Origin: Promethearchaeati archaeon SRVP18_Atabeyarchaeia-1
Lineage (GTDB): Archaea > Asgardarchaeota > Atabeyarchaeia > Atabeyarchaeales > Atabeyarchaeaceae
Length of the DNA: 64,000 bases
Direction: 5' to 3'
NCBI GenBank assembly: GCA_037308085.1
Contig: CP147779.1
Span: 2,048,001-2,112,000 of the forward strand
Every line of letters starts with the position of its first letter. The first letter of the stretch is position 1. A program made the position numbers and the translations under genes. This document shows positions 10,204-19,171 of this stretch, in pieces. The notes beneath the pieces are model-generated. The model saw only the letters and a program-made list of their open reading frames with translations, did not search any database and was not told the origin of the DNA.

Positions 10204-11085
10204 ATGCCGAGATTCTGTCTGGGCGAAAATGGCTTTATTTTTGGTAAACCTTGGCACGATATGATCGATAAGCAACAGATCCTCGAATTCGCAAAGAAGG
10301 AGGGCTTTGGGGGGATGGAGCTTCACCCCTACTACGAGTCGTTCTCTAAAGGCTCGGAAGACAGCATACGCGACGAGTACAGAAGTTACGGCCTCGAAAT
10401 CCCCTGTATCCAGACCGGGTTTGTTACTGGCATGTACTCGCCACTAAGCTCCAGCGAAGAAACAAGGAAGAAATTCGTTGAGACAATGAAGGAGTGGATC
10501 GAGTTTGCACACCTATTGGGCGCTCCCACAGCGACAGTCTCCCCTCCGCAGTTCTCAGCCGACGTCGTGATGAATGGGTACTCCCATGACGATATGGTGA
10601 ACATGTTCATCGACGCCTTGAGGCAGATAGTTGACACAGCCGAGGAGAACAAGGTTGTCCTCGCCTTCGAGCCAGAGCCTCAGATGATACTCAACGGCGG
10701 CTTCGTCAGGAAGCCGATAGAGGATACGCTGAAGGTTCTTGACGAGATCAAGTCTGACTACGTGAAGGTCCTCTACGATGTCACCCACGCCAACACCCTT
10801 GGGAAAGGCGATCCAGTGGGCTTCCTAAGAGCCCTGAAGGGCAGGGTAGGGTGGACGCACCTGGCCGACAACGACGGGTGGATAACTCCCTACTTCTTCT
10901 CGAGCAATCACCTGGAATTCGGGAAAGGCAACATAAACATTGAAGCGGTAATGAAGACACTCAAGGAAACCTGTCCACACCTGGAGTGGTTACAGGTCGA
11001 TGTCTGGGAAGCCACGGATCCATTCGGCATGGCGAGTAAGAACAAGGGAGTCCTTGAGCGCATCCTGAAGCGAATCAGATGGTGA
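10204..11085 (+). CDS. Sugar phosphate isomerase/epimerase (xylose-isomerase/AP-endonuclease-2-like TIM barrel)
   Basis: LAFEPE, YDVTH, THLADNDG and HLEFGKG metal-binding motifs; ATG at 10204 follows GGTGG. Confidence 0.88.
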   Translation: MPRFCLGENGFIFGKPWHDMIDKQQILEFAKKEGFGGMELHPYYESFSKGSEDSIRDEYRSYGLEIPCIQTGFVTGMYSPLSSSEETRKKFVETMKEWIEFAHLLGAPTATVSPPQFSADVVMNGYSHDDMVNMFIDALRQIVDTAEENKVVLAFEPEPQMILNGGFVRKPIEDTLKVLDEIKSDYVKVLYDVTHANTLGKGDPVGFLRALKGRVGWTHLADNDGWITPYFFSSNHLEFGKGNINIEAVMKTLKETCPHLEWLQVDVWEATDPFGMASKNKGVLERILKRIRW

Positions 11086-11222
11086 CCCTCCTCCCTTTTC
11101 TTCAGTGGAGACTCATCGTAGAGTGGTCGCTTCCACGGCGAGTGCCTTGCCCTGCGCAACTCCAGTATGGCAATCTATATAGCTTGGCAGATCTGAGCGT
11201 AAGCCTGGGGAGTTTTGCAGCA

Positions 11223-11522
11223 TTGGGTAGGCTTCGAATACTAAGGGTTGATTCGATACCAGGTACGCCGCGCTGCGGAATAGTCCTTATGGTATTGGAA
11301 GGAGTCCTTGAGGCTGGCACGGCAATCGAGTGTGGATCGCACTTCCTGCGGGTACTGGCCATGGCTAGGCCAGGCTACAAGAGGCGGCAAAACGACACGA
11401 TCTCACCTGGAGACCTGCTGGATTCCGCAAGAGAGGGCGAAACAGTCGAAGCACTAGTGGATATGGCTCTCTTTGATTCGCCACTCGCAGACTTGTTATA
11501 CCACGACCTTGAGTTTCAGTAG
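11223..11522 (+). CDS. Small protein, possibly a stand-alone EF-Tu domain-II-like beta-barrel
   Basis: TTG start after GGGGAG; VDSIPG..VLEGVLEAG..LLDSAREGETVEALV recalls translation-factor domain II. Confidence 0.4.
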   Translation: MGRLRILRVDSIPGTPRCGIVLMVLEGVLEAGTAIECGSHFLRVLAMARPGYKRRQNDTISPGDLLDSAREGETVEALVDMALFDSPLADLLYHDLEFQ

Positions 11523-11660
11523 GCAGCCAAGTCAGCGTGACACCAGTCCCTTTCCGGACAAATCGGGTCTCTTATCCGGACTCAAGATACCCAGAAGAAA
11601 GTGGAATCGATGCGCTTCCGCAAAAGCTTCATATACGGCCATGCAAGAGGTCGCCATGCT

Positions 11661-12500
11661 TCACCTGTACTTTCTGAGGACTCCATCCATGTATTCCTTA
11701 GAATCTCGTATCATTGCGTCGGCGTCTATCGGGGCGCCAGACCAAGTTTGGACGCAGACGTAGCCATCATACCCTATGCTCTTGAGTGTCGCGACTAGTC
11801 CATCCCAGTTGACCGTGCCCTTTCCGAGTGTCACATGTGTCCAGTGTATTCCGTCATTGTCTGCGGCGTGAATGTAGCACAGGTGTTGTCCTGCTTTTCT
11901 TATGTCATCGGCGAAGTTTGGATAGGTGATGTTCTGTTGGGCGGTGTCGAAGATGATCTTCACCATTTTCGAGTTGAGCTCCTTGATCATTTCCAGCGCG
12001 TCGTCGATGGTGAGCATTAGTGGGCTGTCTCCAATGTACTGTGGGTGTAAGCCTAGGATCACGTTCTTCTCCTCTGCCAGTGCGGCCAGCTCCTGGAACG
12101 CCTCCATAGTCCACTTTCTTCCCTGCTCCCTTGGAGTGCCGTACAGGCAGTGACCTGTGAGGACATTTATGAGTGGACATCCGATGTCGGCTGCGAGGTT
12201 CACGTTGTCCCTGTAGTATTGAAGGGTCTCGTCTCTGACTTTCTTGTTTGAGTGGGAGAAGTTAAGCCCCAAGTTTAGAATGCCACCCGCAACGGCGAAG
12301 CCCGTCAGCTCGAGTCTCTGGTCGTCAATCAACTCCCTTACTGCTCTTCTTTCCTCCTCGGAGTAGTGTCCCGGATAGAGATGCGGGGGACCCGTGTAGA
12401 GGTCTATACCCTTGTACCCTGCTTCAGCTATTCGTCTTATGGCCTCGTCAAGAGGCGTACTTACGATGTAGGCTAGAGTGCAGCAACTCAACTTCAGCAT
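11661..12500 (-). CDS. Sugar phosphate isomerase/epimerase family TIM-barrel protein
   Basis: AEAGYKGIDL, FDTAQ, HAADNDG, LGKGTVNW, IGYDG. Confidence 0.88.
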   Translation of the reverse strand: MLKLSCCTLAYIVSTPLDEAIRRIAEAGYKGIDLYTGPPHLYPGHYSEEERRAVRELIDDQRLELTGFAVAGGILNLGLNFSHSNKKVRDETLQYYRDNVNLAADIGCPLINVLTGHCLYGTPREQGRKWTMEAFQELAALAEEKNVILGLHPQYIGDSPLMLTIDDALEMIKELNSKMVKIIFDTAQQNITYPNFADDIRKAGQHLCYIHAADNDGIHWTHVTLGKGTVNWDGLVATLKSIGYDGYVCVQTWSGAPIDADAMIRDSKEYMDGVLRKYR

Positions 12501-12720
12501 GATTAATCACAGACTTGTCTTGAAGCCTCGTGATATATAAGAGTTCTCGGGGAGAGACTATGAGCTTCAAGGCTCACTTCTGGGTCAGTTTCGCCTGAGG
12601 TAGATGCCTTCAAGGGGGTTCTGGTCTCCGCCAATTGGAGCGGGCATTGAAACCGATGGTTTTTATATCTCCACTGCACTTCTATGACACTGACAATCGA
12701 TTGGTAGGGAGTTTTCGTTT

Positions 12721-13548
12721 ATGCCGGAAAAAAGGAAGGATGTCAGCGAAACGCCGGGACTCGGGTGGAGAGTATCGCTCAGTATTGTTGCTGGCATAGG
12801 ATGGTTGATATTCCTCATCGTATGGTTCTTCTTCTATGCCCTGGGCTTCACACTCTACCAGAACATTGCAGTCCTCATTGTGTCAATGGTAGCCGTCGCC
12901 GTCATCGAGGGCCTCACTTGGGTACCAATGTGGTGGCAGCCCGATACGCCAGGATTCAAGCGCCTAGTTTCCCTCAACATAGTTCTCGGTGCACTCATAG
13001 CGGTGTTCGTCTTCATCTGGCTCTTCTTCTACGCCGAGGGCTTCACACTCTACATGAACATAGCCTTCATCGTCATCCCGCTTACGTTCTGGGGCGTACT
13101 CCAATCTGTCACGAGGCGCCGCTGGATGAAGGAGAAACCTTGGCTATCAACAGCAAGATACGCGGTCAGCCAATTGGTCAGCATAGCATGGGGCGCCTTT
13201 CTCTTCGTGTGGTTCTACTACTATGCCCAGACCTACACGTTCACTGAGAATGTTCTAGTGTTCTTTGTCTCCGCAATTATCATGGGTACGATGCAGGGAC
13301 TTATTCGAGCGCCATGGAAGTCCGGAACTGCAGAGCCTGGACTCGGATGGAGGGTAGCATTAAGCGCGATAATGGGTGTCGGGTGGATACTCTTTGTCAT
13401 TTTCTGGCTACTGCTCTACGCACCAGGTTTCAGTTTCCTACAGAACTTGGCGATCATAATAGTGTCGCTGCTCATCATGGCGGCAGTACTCGGCGCTGCT
13501 TGGGCGCCTTGGGCAATAAAGCACGGCGCCAGAAGCTCTAAGAAATAG
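12721..13548 (+). CDS. Membrane protein made of four tandem ~62-aa two-helix repeats
   Basis: Four units resembling PG.GWRV.LS...W..F...W...YA.GF...QN.A. Confidence 0.8.
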   Translation: MPEKRKDVSETPGLGWRVSLSIVAGIGWLIFLIVWFFFYALGFTLYQNIAVLIVSMVAVAVIEGLTWVPMWWQPDTPGFKRLVSLNIVLGALIAVFVFIWLFFYAEGFTLYMNIAFIVIPLTFWGVLQSVTRRRWMKEKPWLSTARYAVSQLVSIAWGAFLFVWFYYYAQTYTFTENVLVFFVSAIIMGTMQGLIRAPWKSGTAEPGLGWRVALSAIMGVGWILFVIFWLLLYAPGFSFLQNLAIIIVSLLIMAAVLGAAWAPWAIKHGARSSKK

Positions 13549-13717
13549 CATTTCCCTCACGCTCCGCAGTCCAGATGGATGACTCTGAAGAGAACAAAAA
13601 CACTGGCTGCCTGCGCGAGGCTCCCCATCTTTTTTAATTCTTGTTGTTAGCTCTCATACGAGCTTTAATATAGGAGGTGGGTCAGAGCTAAGATGCAACA
13701 CCACAGGAGTGGAGTAT

Positions 13718-13966
13718 ATGCCTCAAGACAACGAAGACGCCGCCAGCGCACCCGGACTGGGATGGAGAGTATCAGTTACCGTAGCAGTGAGCCTCGGCTG
13801 GCTTGTGTTTCTGATTCTCTGGTTAGCCTTCCTTTCTGTCGGCTGGCCCCTCTACCAGAGCATAGCCATCGTGCTCATCTCTATCCTCCTACTTGTCGTG
13901 ATACTGTCGTTGATGTGGGTGCCTTGGGGACTGAAGTATGGACGAAAGTACATGAAAGAAGAATAG
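13718..13966 (+). CDS. Small membrane protein consisting of a single copy of the same repeat unit
   Basis: APGLGWRVSVT...GWLVFLILWL..LYQSIAIVL..WVPW; GGAG RBS upstream. Confidence 0.8.
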   Translation: MPQDNEDAASAPGLGWRVSVTVAVSLGWLVFLILWLAFLSVGWPLYQSIAIVLISILLLVVILSLMWVPWGLKYGRKYMKEE

Positions 13967-14037
13967 CCAATTCTTCTTTCTCTGTTCTGCCGACTCTGAC
14001 AAGCCTCTCACCAAAGAGCCTCGATGTGGAGAATTGG

Positions 14038-15171
14038 TCAGGCTTCCTCACAGCAGGGCAGATTCTTGTACGGATAGGGTCGGTAGCTCAGGGAGTAGGG
14101 GATGACCCTCTGGAGTTCCGTCATTGATGGAAGGTTGCCCACCTTGCCTGCCCCGTACTTGAAGGTGTCAAGCTGGCTAGCAAGATCTACTTTTCCAGAA
14201 ACGAGCGCAACCACTGTGCTGTCCAGCTTCAGCAGATCTTGTCCCGCAACTATGTACGGGAAGTCAACCGTTCTGCCGAAGATTGGCCCTTCAGAGTCCT
14301 GCCCGAGCGGGCCAGAGACTATTCCGAATATGCGGTCTTTTAAGCCTACCTTCCAGAAGGCGTAGTGGTAGACCATCGCCTTTGCAAGGTCCTTGTGCAT
14401 GAATGCCTTGTACTGCGGGTAGAGCCCCAGTGCGATGTTCTTCATGGAGCCCGTCATCCAAGCCTGCGGCTCATCATGGGTTTTTGGGAGTGTAAGCGAT
14501 ATAACTCCTACGCCGCCTTCCTTCAGGACTCGAGGTAGCTTCTCAAGCAGCTTCCTCCTAATACTCTCTTTTGGCATAAGCCCTGGTCCAAGGAGGCTTT
14601 CGACTTTGCGAGTAATTTCCCTTCTTTCATCAGGGGTCATCACCGGTTCCTTGCTCAGGTTAAGGATCTGCACCCGTTGTCCCTTTGACTGGTAACCCCT
14701 GACCAAGTTCCCGATTCCACTCAACTCAAGCAATAGGTCAAAGCCGAAGTCATGCATGTCTTGGTCTGGCCCTTTATGCCTCATCTTTTCTTCAATGGCT
14801 TTGCGTTCGTTCTCTGGCAGCTTAGCCAGGATCTCGGGCATTCCTGCTCCTTTGTGGTATGTTATTGTCTCGACTATCTTGATCGGCTGACTAACTTTGA
14901 GGTAATCCAGGAGGTAGTCGACGAGCGCCCTGACTACCACCGGGTGAGTTATGCACCCTGTTTCGGGGGGCCTCGGATTGGTCAGGTTGGGTTTGATCCA
15001 TATTTCGCTGCAGTCAGCTATCTGCCTCATTTGCCTGGTGACAGCGTCCTCGCGCAGGAAATCATGAATAGCCCGCTCGATTTGAGGTAGCATATCGCTC
15101 CTGAAGCGCCCCTGGTATATCCTCGCCAAGTGGACATCTTCTATCTCAAGAGTTTCCTTCAAGCGAATCAC
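14038..15171 (-). CDS. DUF362-domain protein
   Basis: IWIKPNL..THPVVVRALV, LPKTH, TGSMKN, EGP..G. Confidence 0.8.
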   Translation of the reverse strand: MIRLKETLEIEDVHLARIYQGRFRSDMLPQIERAIHDFLREDAVTRQMRQIADCSEIWIKPNLTNPRPPETGCITHPVVVRALVDYLLDYLKVSQPIKIVETITYHKGAGMPEILAKLPENERKAIEEKMRHKGPDQDMHDFGFDLLLELSGIGNLVRGYQSKGQRVQILNLSKEPVMTPDERREITRKVESLLGPGLMPKESIRRKLLEKLPRVLKEGGVGVISLTLPKTHDEPQAWMTGSMKNIALGLYPQYKAFMHKDLAKAMVYHYAFWKVGLKDRIFGIVSGPLGQDSEGPIFGRTVDFPYIVAGQDLLKLDSTVVALVSGKVDLASQLDTFKYGAGKVGNLPSMTELQRVIPYSLSYRPYPYKNLPCCEEA

Positions 15172-15327
15172 GACAGAGTTCTAGCTGGTTGGGGGCTCAT
15201 ATAAGCTTTTAAATTCCAGAAGCGCATGGGAAGGCAACGCAGCTGATGGTGGATGCTAGAGCAGTAACCCTAAAATACAGTCATCCGTAACTATATGTTC
15301 AAAACTCCCTTCAGAGGAGGAGCCGGA

Positions 15328-17766
15328 ATGCTTAATGAACTTCCACCTGAGAAACTGAGAAATGACGTCAAACCTCAAACTTTTAGTTGCGAGTCAACCG
15401 AGGAATTGACCCCCAGTGAGGAGATCGTCGGTCAAGAAAGGGCCGTAAGAGCCCTGAAATTCGGGCTCAACATCAAGGAACGGGGCTTCAACATCTATGT
15501 AGCGGGTGTGCCAGGGTCGGGCAGAAAAACCGCGGTCAAGGCCTTTCTCGAGGAGATGGCTAAGCGGAAACCTGTCCCCTCTGATTGGTGCTACGTAAAC
15601 AACTTCTCAAATCCCTTCACTTCAAGAGCCATAAAACTACCACCTGGACGCGGCAAAGAGTTCAAGAAGGACATGAAGAGCTTCGTCGAAAGCGTCCGAA
15701 CAATACTACCAAAGGCCTTCGAGAGTGAGGACTACGCCACGAGGCGGGATGCCGTAATCAAGAGCGTTGAGGAGAAAAGGGAGCAGCTCCTTGAGCAGCT
15801 CAACGCCAAAGCCCAGCAGGCGGGCTTCGCTCTCCGCACGACTCAGATTGGAATCGTCACCGTCCCCGTCGTCAAAGGCAAGCCGCTCAGCGACGAGGAA
15901 TTCATGGCTCTCCCCCCTCAGGCCAAAGAGGAGATTCGTAAGAGAAGCGACGACCTGACCTCGCAGCTTAGGCTTGCGTTTATACAAGTCCGAAGCTTGG
16001 AGAAAGAGGCAGGCGAGAAAGTGGAGGAGCTGAACAAGGAAGTCACGATTTTCGCGATCGGGCACCTCGTAGACTCTCTCGTCGAGAAATACGGGGAAGT
16101 ACCAGATGTCAAGACATACCTGGACGAGGTGCGCAACGATATTCTTGAGAACATAGTTCAGTTCCTGAAGGAACCTGAGACTCCGCAGACTCCGGTCCCC
16201 GTGCCGTGGATGAAGGAGCTTCCCTTCAGGAAGTATGAAGTCAACGTGATAGTTGACAACTCAGCGCTGAAGGGAGCCCCAGTCATTCTTGAACTCAATC
16301 CGACCTACCAGAATCTCTTTGGCTTGGTTGAGAAGGAAGCGCAATTCGGCGTTCTAACGACTGACTTCACCTTGATTCGTGGAGGCTCGTTCCATAAGGC
16401 GAATGGTGGGTACCTGGTGCTGCCGGCTGAGGACTTGCTGATCAACCCTCTGTCTTATGATGCAATAAAGAAGGCCCTCATGAATGAGCGGCTATCGATA
16501 GAGGAAATTGCGGAGAAGCTTGGCTACGTCACGACCAAGGGCTTGAGACCAGCTCCCATTCCCTTGGACGCTAAGGTCATTCTCATCGGCGGCTCAGAGA
16601 TCTATCAGCAACTCTACATGCTCGACGCGGAATTCAAGGAGCTCTTCAAAGTGAAGGCTGAATTCGATACGACGATGGATCGCTCAGACAAGAATATGGA
16701 GAAGTACGCCGCGTCCATATGCGGCGTCTGCGAAAGGGAGAAGCTTAGACACCTTGACGTCTCCGGTTTGTCGCAGCTCATTGCCTACAGTTCCCGGCTA
16801 GCGGAGGACCAGAAGAAGTTGTCTACTAGGTTCGGCGACATCGCTGACATCATTAGGGAAGCTAGTTACTATGCTACGCAGGACAAGTCAGAATACATTA
16901 GTGAGAAGCACGTGAAGAAGGCGATGGATGAGAGGTTCTACCGCTCCAGCCTCGTCCAAGAGAAGATCCGGGAAATGATCGAGAGAAACGTAATCTTGAT
17001 CAACACGGACGGAGAATCAGTCGGGCAAGTCAATGGACTATCAGTGATGAGCATGGGAGACTTCATGTTCGGGGCTCCCTCTCGGGTCACCGCCAGCGTG
17101 GGACTTGGAAAAGAGGGGATCGTCGACATACAGCGGGAAGCCAAAATGGGCGGACCAATTCACACCAAGGGAGTGCTGATCCTGAGCGGCTACCTAATGG
17201 ACAAGTTCACCCAAGATAAGCCACTAAGCCTCTCAAGCCACCTGGTATTCGAGCAAAGCTACGGAATGGTTGAGGGAGACAGCGCATCCAGCACCGAACT
17301 CTACGCCATACTCTCGGCTCTATCAGGAGCCCCAATCAAACAACATTTCGCCGTCACCGGCTCGGTTAACCAGAAAGGCGAGGTCCAAGCCATCGGCGGA
17401 GTGAACGAGAAGATCGAAGGCTATTTTGAAGTATGCAAAGCTAAGGGCTTAAACGGAAAGCAGAGCGTACTCATACCCGAGAGCAACGCGGATAACCTCA
17501 TGCTCAAGGAAGAAGTCGTTCAAGCTGTGAAACAAGGCAAGTTCCACATATACCCCGTGAAGACAATAGACCAAGGCATAGAGATGCTCACAGGAGTTAA
17601 AGCAGGCACGAGAGGCAAGGATGGAACCTTCGAAGCTGGGACAATATGCTACAGAGTCGACAAGCGCCTCGCAGCAATGGCGGAGAAGCTAAAAGAAGCA
17701 CCTCGGGGGCTCTCCAAAGAGAAACGGAAACGGGAAACCAACGACGAAGAGGAAACAGAGGAGTAG
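15328..17766 (+). CDS. LonC-type soluble Lon-like protease (AAA-like domain, coiled coil, Lon protease domain)
   Basis: GQERAV, GSGRKT, H.ANGGYL, catalytic VEGDSAS (Ser) and NEKIEG (Lys); ATG at 15328 follows GGAGGAG. Confidence 0.92.
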   Translation: MLNELPPEKLRNDVKPQTFSCESTEELTPSEEIVGQERAVRALKFGLNIKERGFNIYVAGVPGSGRKTAVKAFLEEMAKRKPVPSDWCYVNNFSNPFTSRAIKLPPGRGKEFKKDMKSFVESVRTILPKAFESEDYATRRDAVIKSVEEKREQLLEQLNAKAQQAGFALRTTQIGIVTVPVVKGKPLSDEEFMALPPQAKEEIRKRSDDLTSQLRLAFIQVRSLEKEAGEKVEELNKEVTIFAIGHLVDSLVEKYGEVPDVKTYLDEVRNDILENIVQFLKEPETPQTPVPVPWMKELPFRKYEVNVIVDNSALKGAPVILELNPTYQNLFGLVEKEAQFGVLTTDFTLIRGGSFHKANGGYLVLPAEDLLINPLSYDAIKKALMNERLSIEEIAEKLGYVTTKGLRPAPIPLDAKVILIGGSEIYQQLYMLDAEFKELFKVKAEFDTTMDRSDKNMEKYAASICGVCEREKLRHLDVSGLSQLIAYSSRLAEDQKKLSTRFGDIADIIREASYYATQDKSEYISEKHVKKAMDERFYRSSLVQEKIREMIERNVILINTDGESVGQVNGLSVMSMGDFMFGAPSRVTASVGLGKEGIVDIQREAKMGGPIHTKGVLILSGYLMDKFTQDKPLSLSSHLVFEQSYGMVEGDSASSTELYAILSALSGAPIKQHFAVTGSVNQKGEVQAIGGVNEKIEGYFEVCKAKGLNGKQSVLIPESNADNLMLKEEVVQAVKQGKFHIYPVKTIDQGIEMLTGVKAGTRGKDGTFEAGTICYRVDKRLAAMAEKLKEAPRGLSKEKRKRETNDEEETEE

Positions 17767-17848
17767 GTACTCTAGATACTGGGGAACGAGTTCAACCTAT
17801 TTATACTCGTACAACCTTCTCTTTCTATTTTGTGGAGGAGAAGTCGAA

Positions 17849-18133
17849 ATGATGTTTTCTGCTATTCACACTCATCCTGCACTGGAATGCCCGCGCATGT
17901 CATCTCAGGGGAAAGCGACGATTAGAAGGGTCTTCTCCAACGAGAACATGAAGAGATTCGGGATCAAGTTGGTAGGCGCCTACCTAAGTTGCCCGAAGAA
18001 CACGGGAGAAGATCATAGAGGCTTCTTCATTGTGGATGCCGACAGCGCGGCGACAGTTACAAGGTTTTTTAGCCCTCTGCCCGTCGACATAAGGCAAGTC
18101 ACACCTCTAAGCGAGATAATGAAAAACCTTTGA
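17849..18133 (+). CDS. Small ferredoxin-fold protein (GYD/DUF3303-like)
   Basis: H.H....CP, GIKLVG.Y, H.GFFIVDADS pattern; GGAGGAG RBS. Confidence 0.65.
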   Translation: MMFSAIHTHPALECPRMSSQGKATIRRVFSNENMKRFGIKLVGAYLSCPKNTGEDHRGFFIVDADSAATVTRFFSPLPVDIRQVTPLSEIMKNL

Positions 18134-18231
18134 CGGAAACAGGGGCAACTCTCCTTTTTTTGTCGCGTGCATCTTCTCCGCGTAGAGATGGAACGATGGT
18201 CTGATAAAGCAACGCATAAATAGAGAGTCAT

Positions 18232-19149
18232 GTGCTTAAACTGACTATGCCCGTCGATCCGTTCCTCTATTTTCTTGGCATAGTCCTGGCGCTTGTCGAT
18301 GGTTTTCTAAACAATATCGGAATCCTCTTCCAGAAGCTCGCCATCAACAGGTTGCCAGAGGGCAAGAAGGTAACCAAGGGTCTGGTTAAGAACAAGGTGT
18401 GGCTCTTCGGCTTCATCGTGAATGGCTACTTGCCCCTGATATTCTCCATACCCGCCGTCCTTCTCATAGGTCCAGCCTTGCTCCCTGGGTTGGAGGCCAC
18501 CGGGCTGATTTGGCTGGCTCTGGCCTCGGTGAAATACCTGAAGGAGAGGCTCAGAGCTTCGGAGGTAGTTGGGATTTTCCTCATGGTTGCCTCAATCTTC
18601 GCTCTTGCATACAGCGGATTAGAGATCGACATTAGCGACTACCAGTACCTGATAGGTACGGAATTCTTCGTAAGGCTCGTCGTCTTCACGGTAATCATTG
18701 CTGCGCTTTCCTTTGTGTGTTTTGCCCTGCGCAGAACTGGCGCACGAAGGAAAGATGTCCTATACGCAACTGATTCAGGTTTGTTAACGGTGCTGAACAA
18801 CTTCTATTTTTCCCTGATAATGGCGATGGTTGCTCGCATCCTCTCTGGAGCCTTTGCGCCGACCGAACTAGCCATGTTCATCACCGCAATAGTGATTACT
18901 CCGCCATGCGAGATTATGGGAATCCACAGACTGCAGAAGGCATTTGAGTTTGGGCAGGCCAGCAACATGAGGCCCGTCCAGCAGGCGCCAATCCAGATCG
19001 GACCTATTTTCTACTTCTTCTGGATCTACATGCTTATACCGCCTTTCGGCTTGATTTCGGTGCTCCTCGCTGGGATTGCCATCACTTTCATCATTATAGC
19101 CACGGTTCTGCTGTCGGTTAGACAGGCGAGCCTAAGAGAGAAGAAGTAG
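18232..19149 (+). CDS. DMT-superfamily (NIPA/EamA-like) membrane transporter
   Basis: About 9 TM helices; G...QK, W..G, LKERL...E..G and QKAF..G.A. Confidence 0.75.
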   Translation: MLKLTMPVDPFLYFLGIVLALVDGFLNNIGILFQKLAINRLPEGKKVTKGLVKNKVWLFGFIVNGYLPLIFSIPAVLLIGPALLPGLEATGLIWLALASVKYLKERLRASEVVGIFLMVASIFALAYSGLEIDISDYQYLIGTEFFVRLVVFTVIIAALSFVCFALRRTGARRKDVLYATDSGLLTVLNNFYFSLIMAMVARILSGAFAPTELAMFITAIVITPPCEIMGIHRLQKAFEFGQASNMRPVQQAPIQIGPIFYFFWIYMLIPPFGLISVLLAGIAITFIIIATVLLSVRQASLREKK

Positions 19150-19171
19150 CTGATCAGGGGAGTGACCCTAC

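Noticed and set aside
15328-17766. Canonical membrane-bound archaeal LonB
   Set aside because: There is no TM insertion; the variant Walker A (GRKT) and long coiled coil indicate the already described LonC type.
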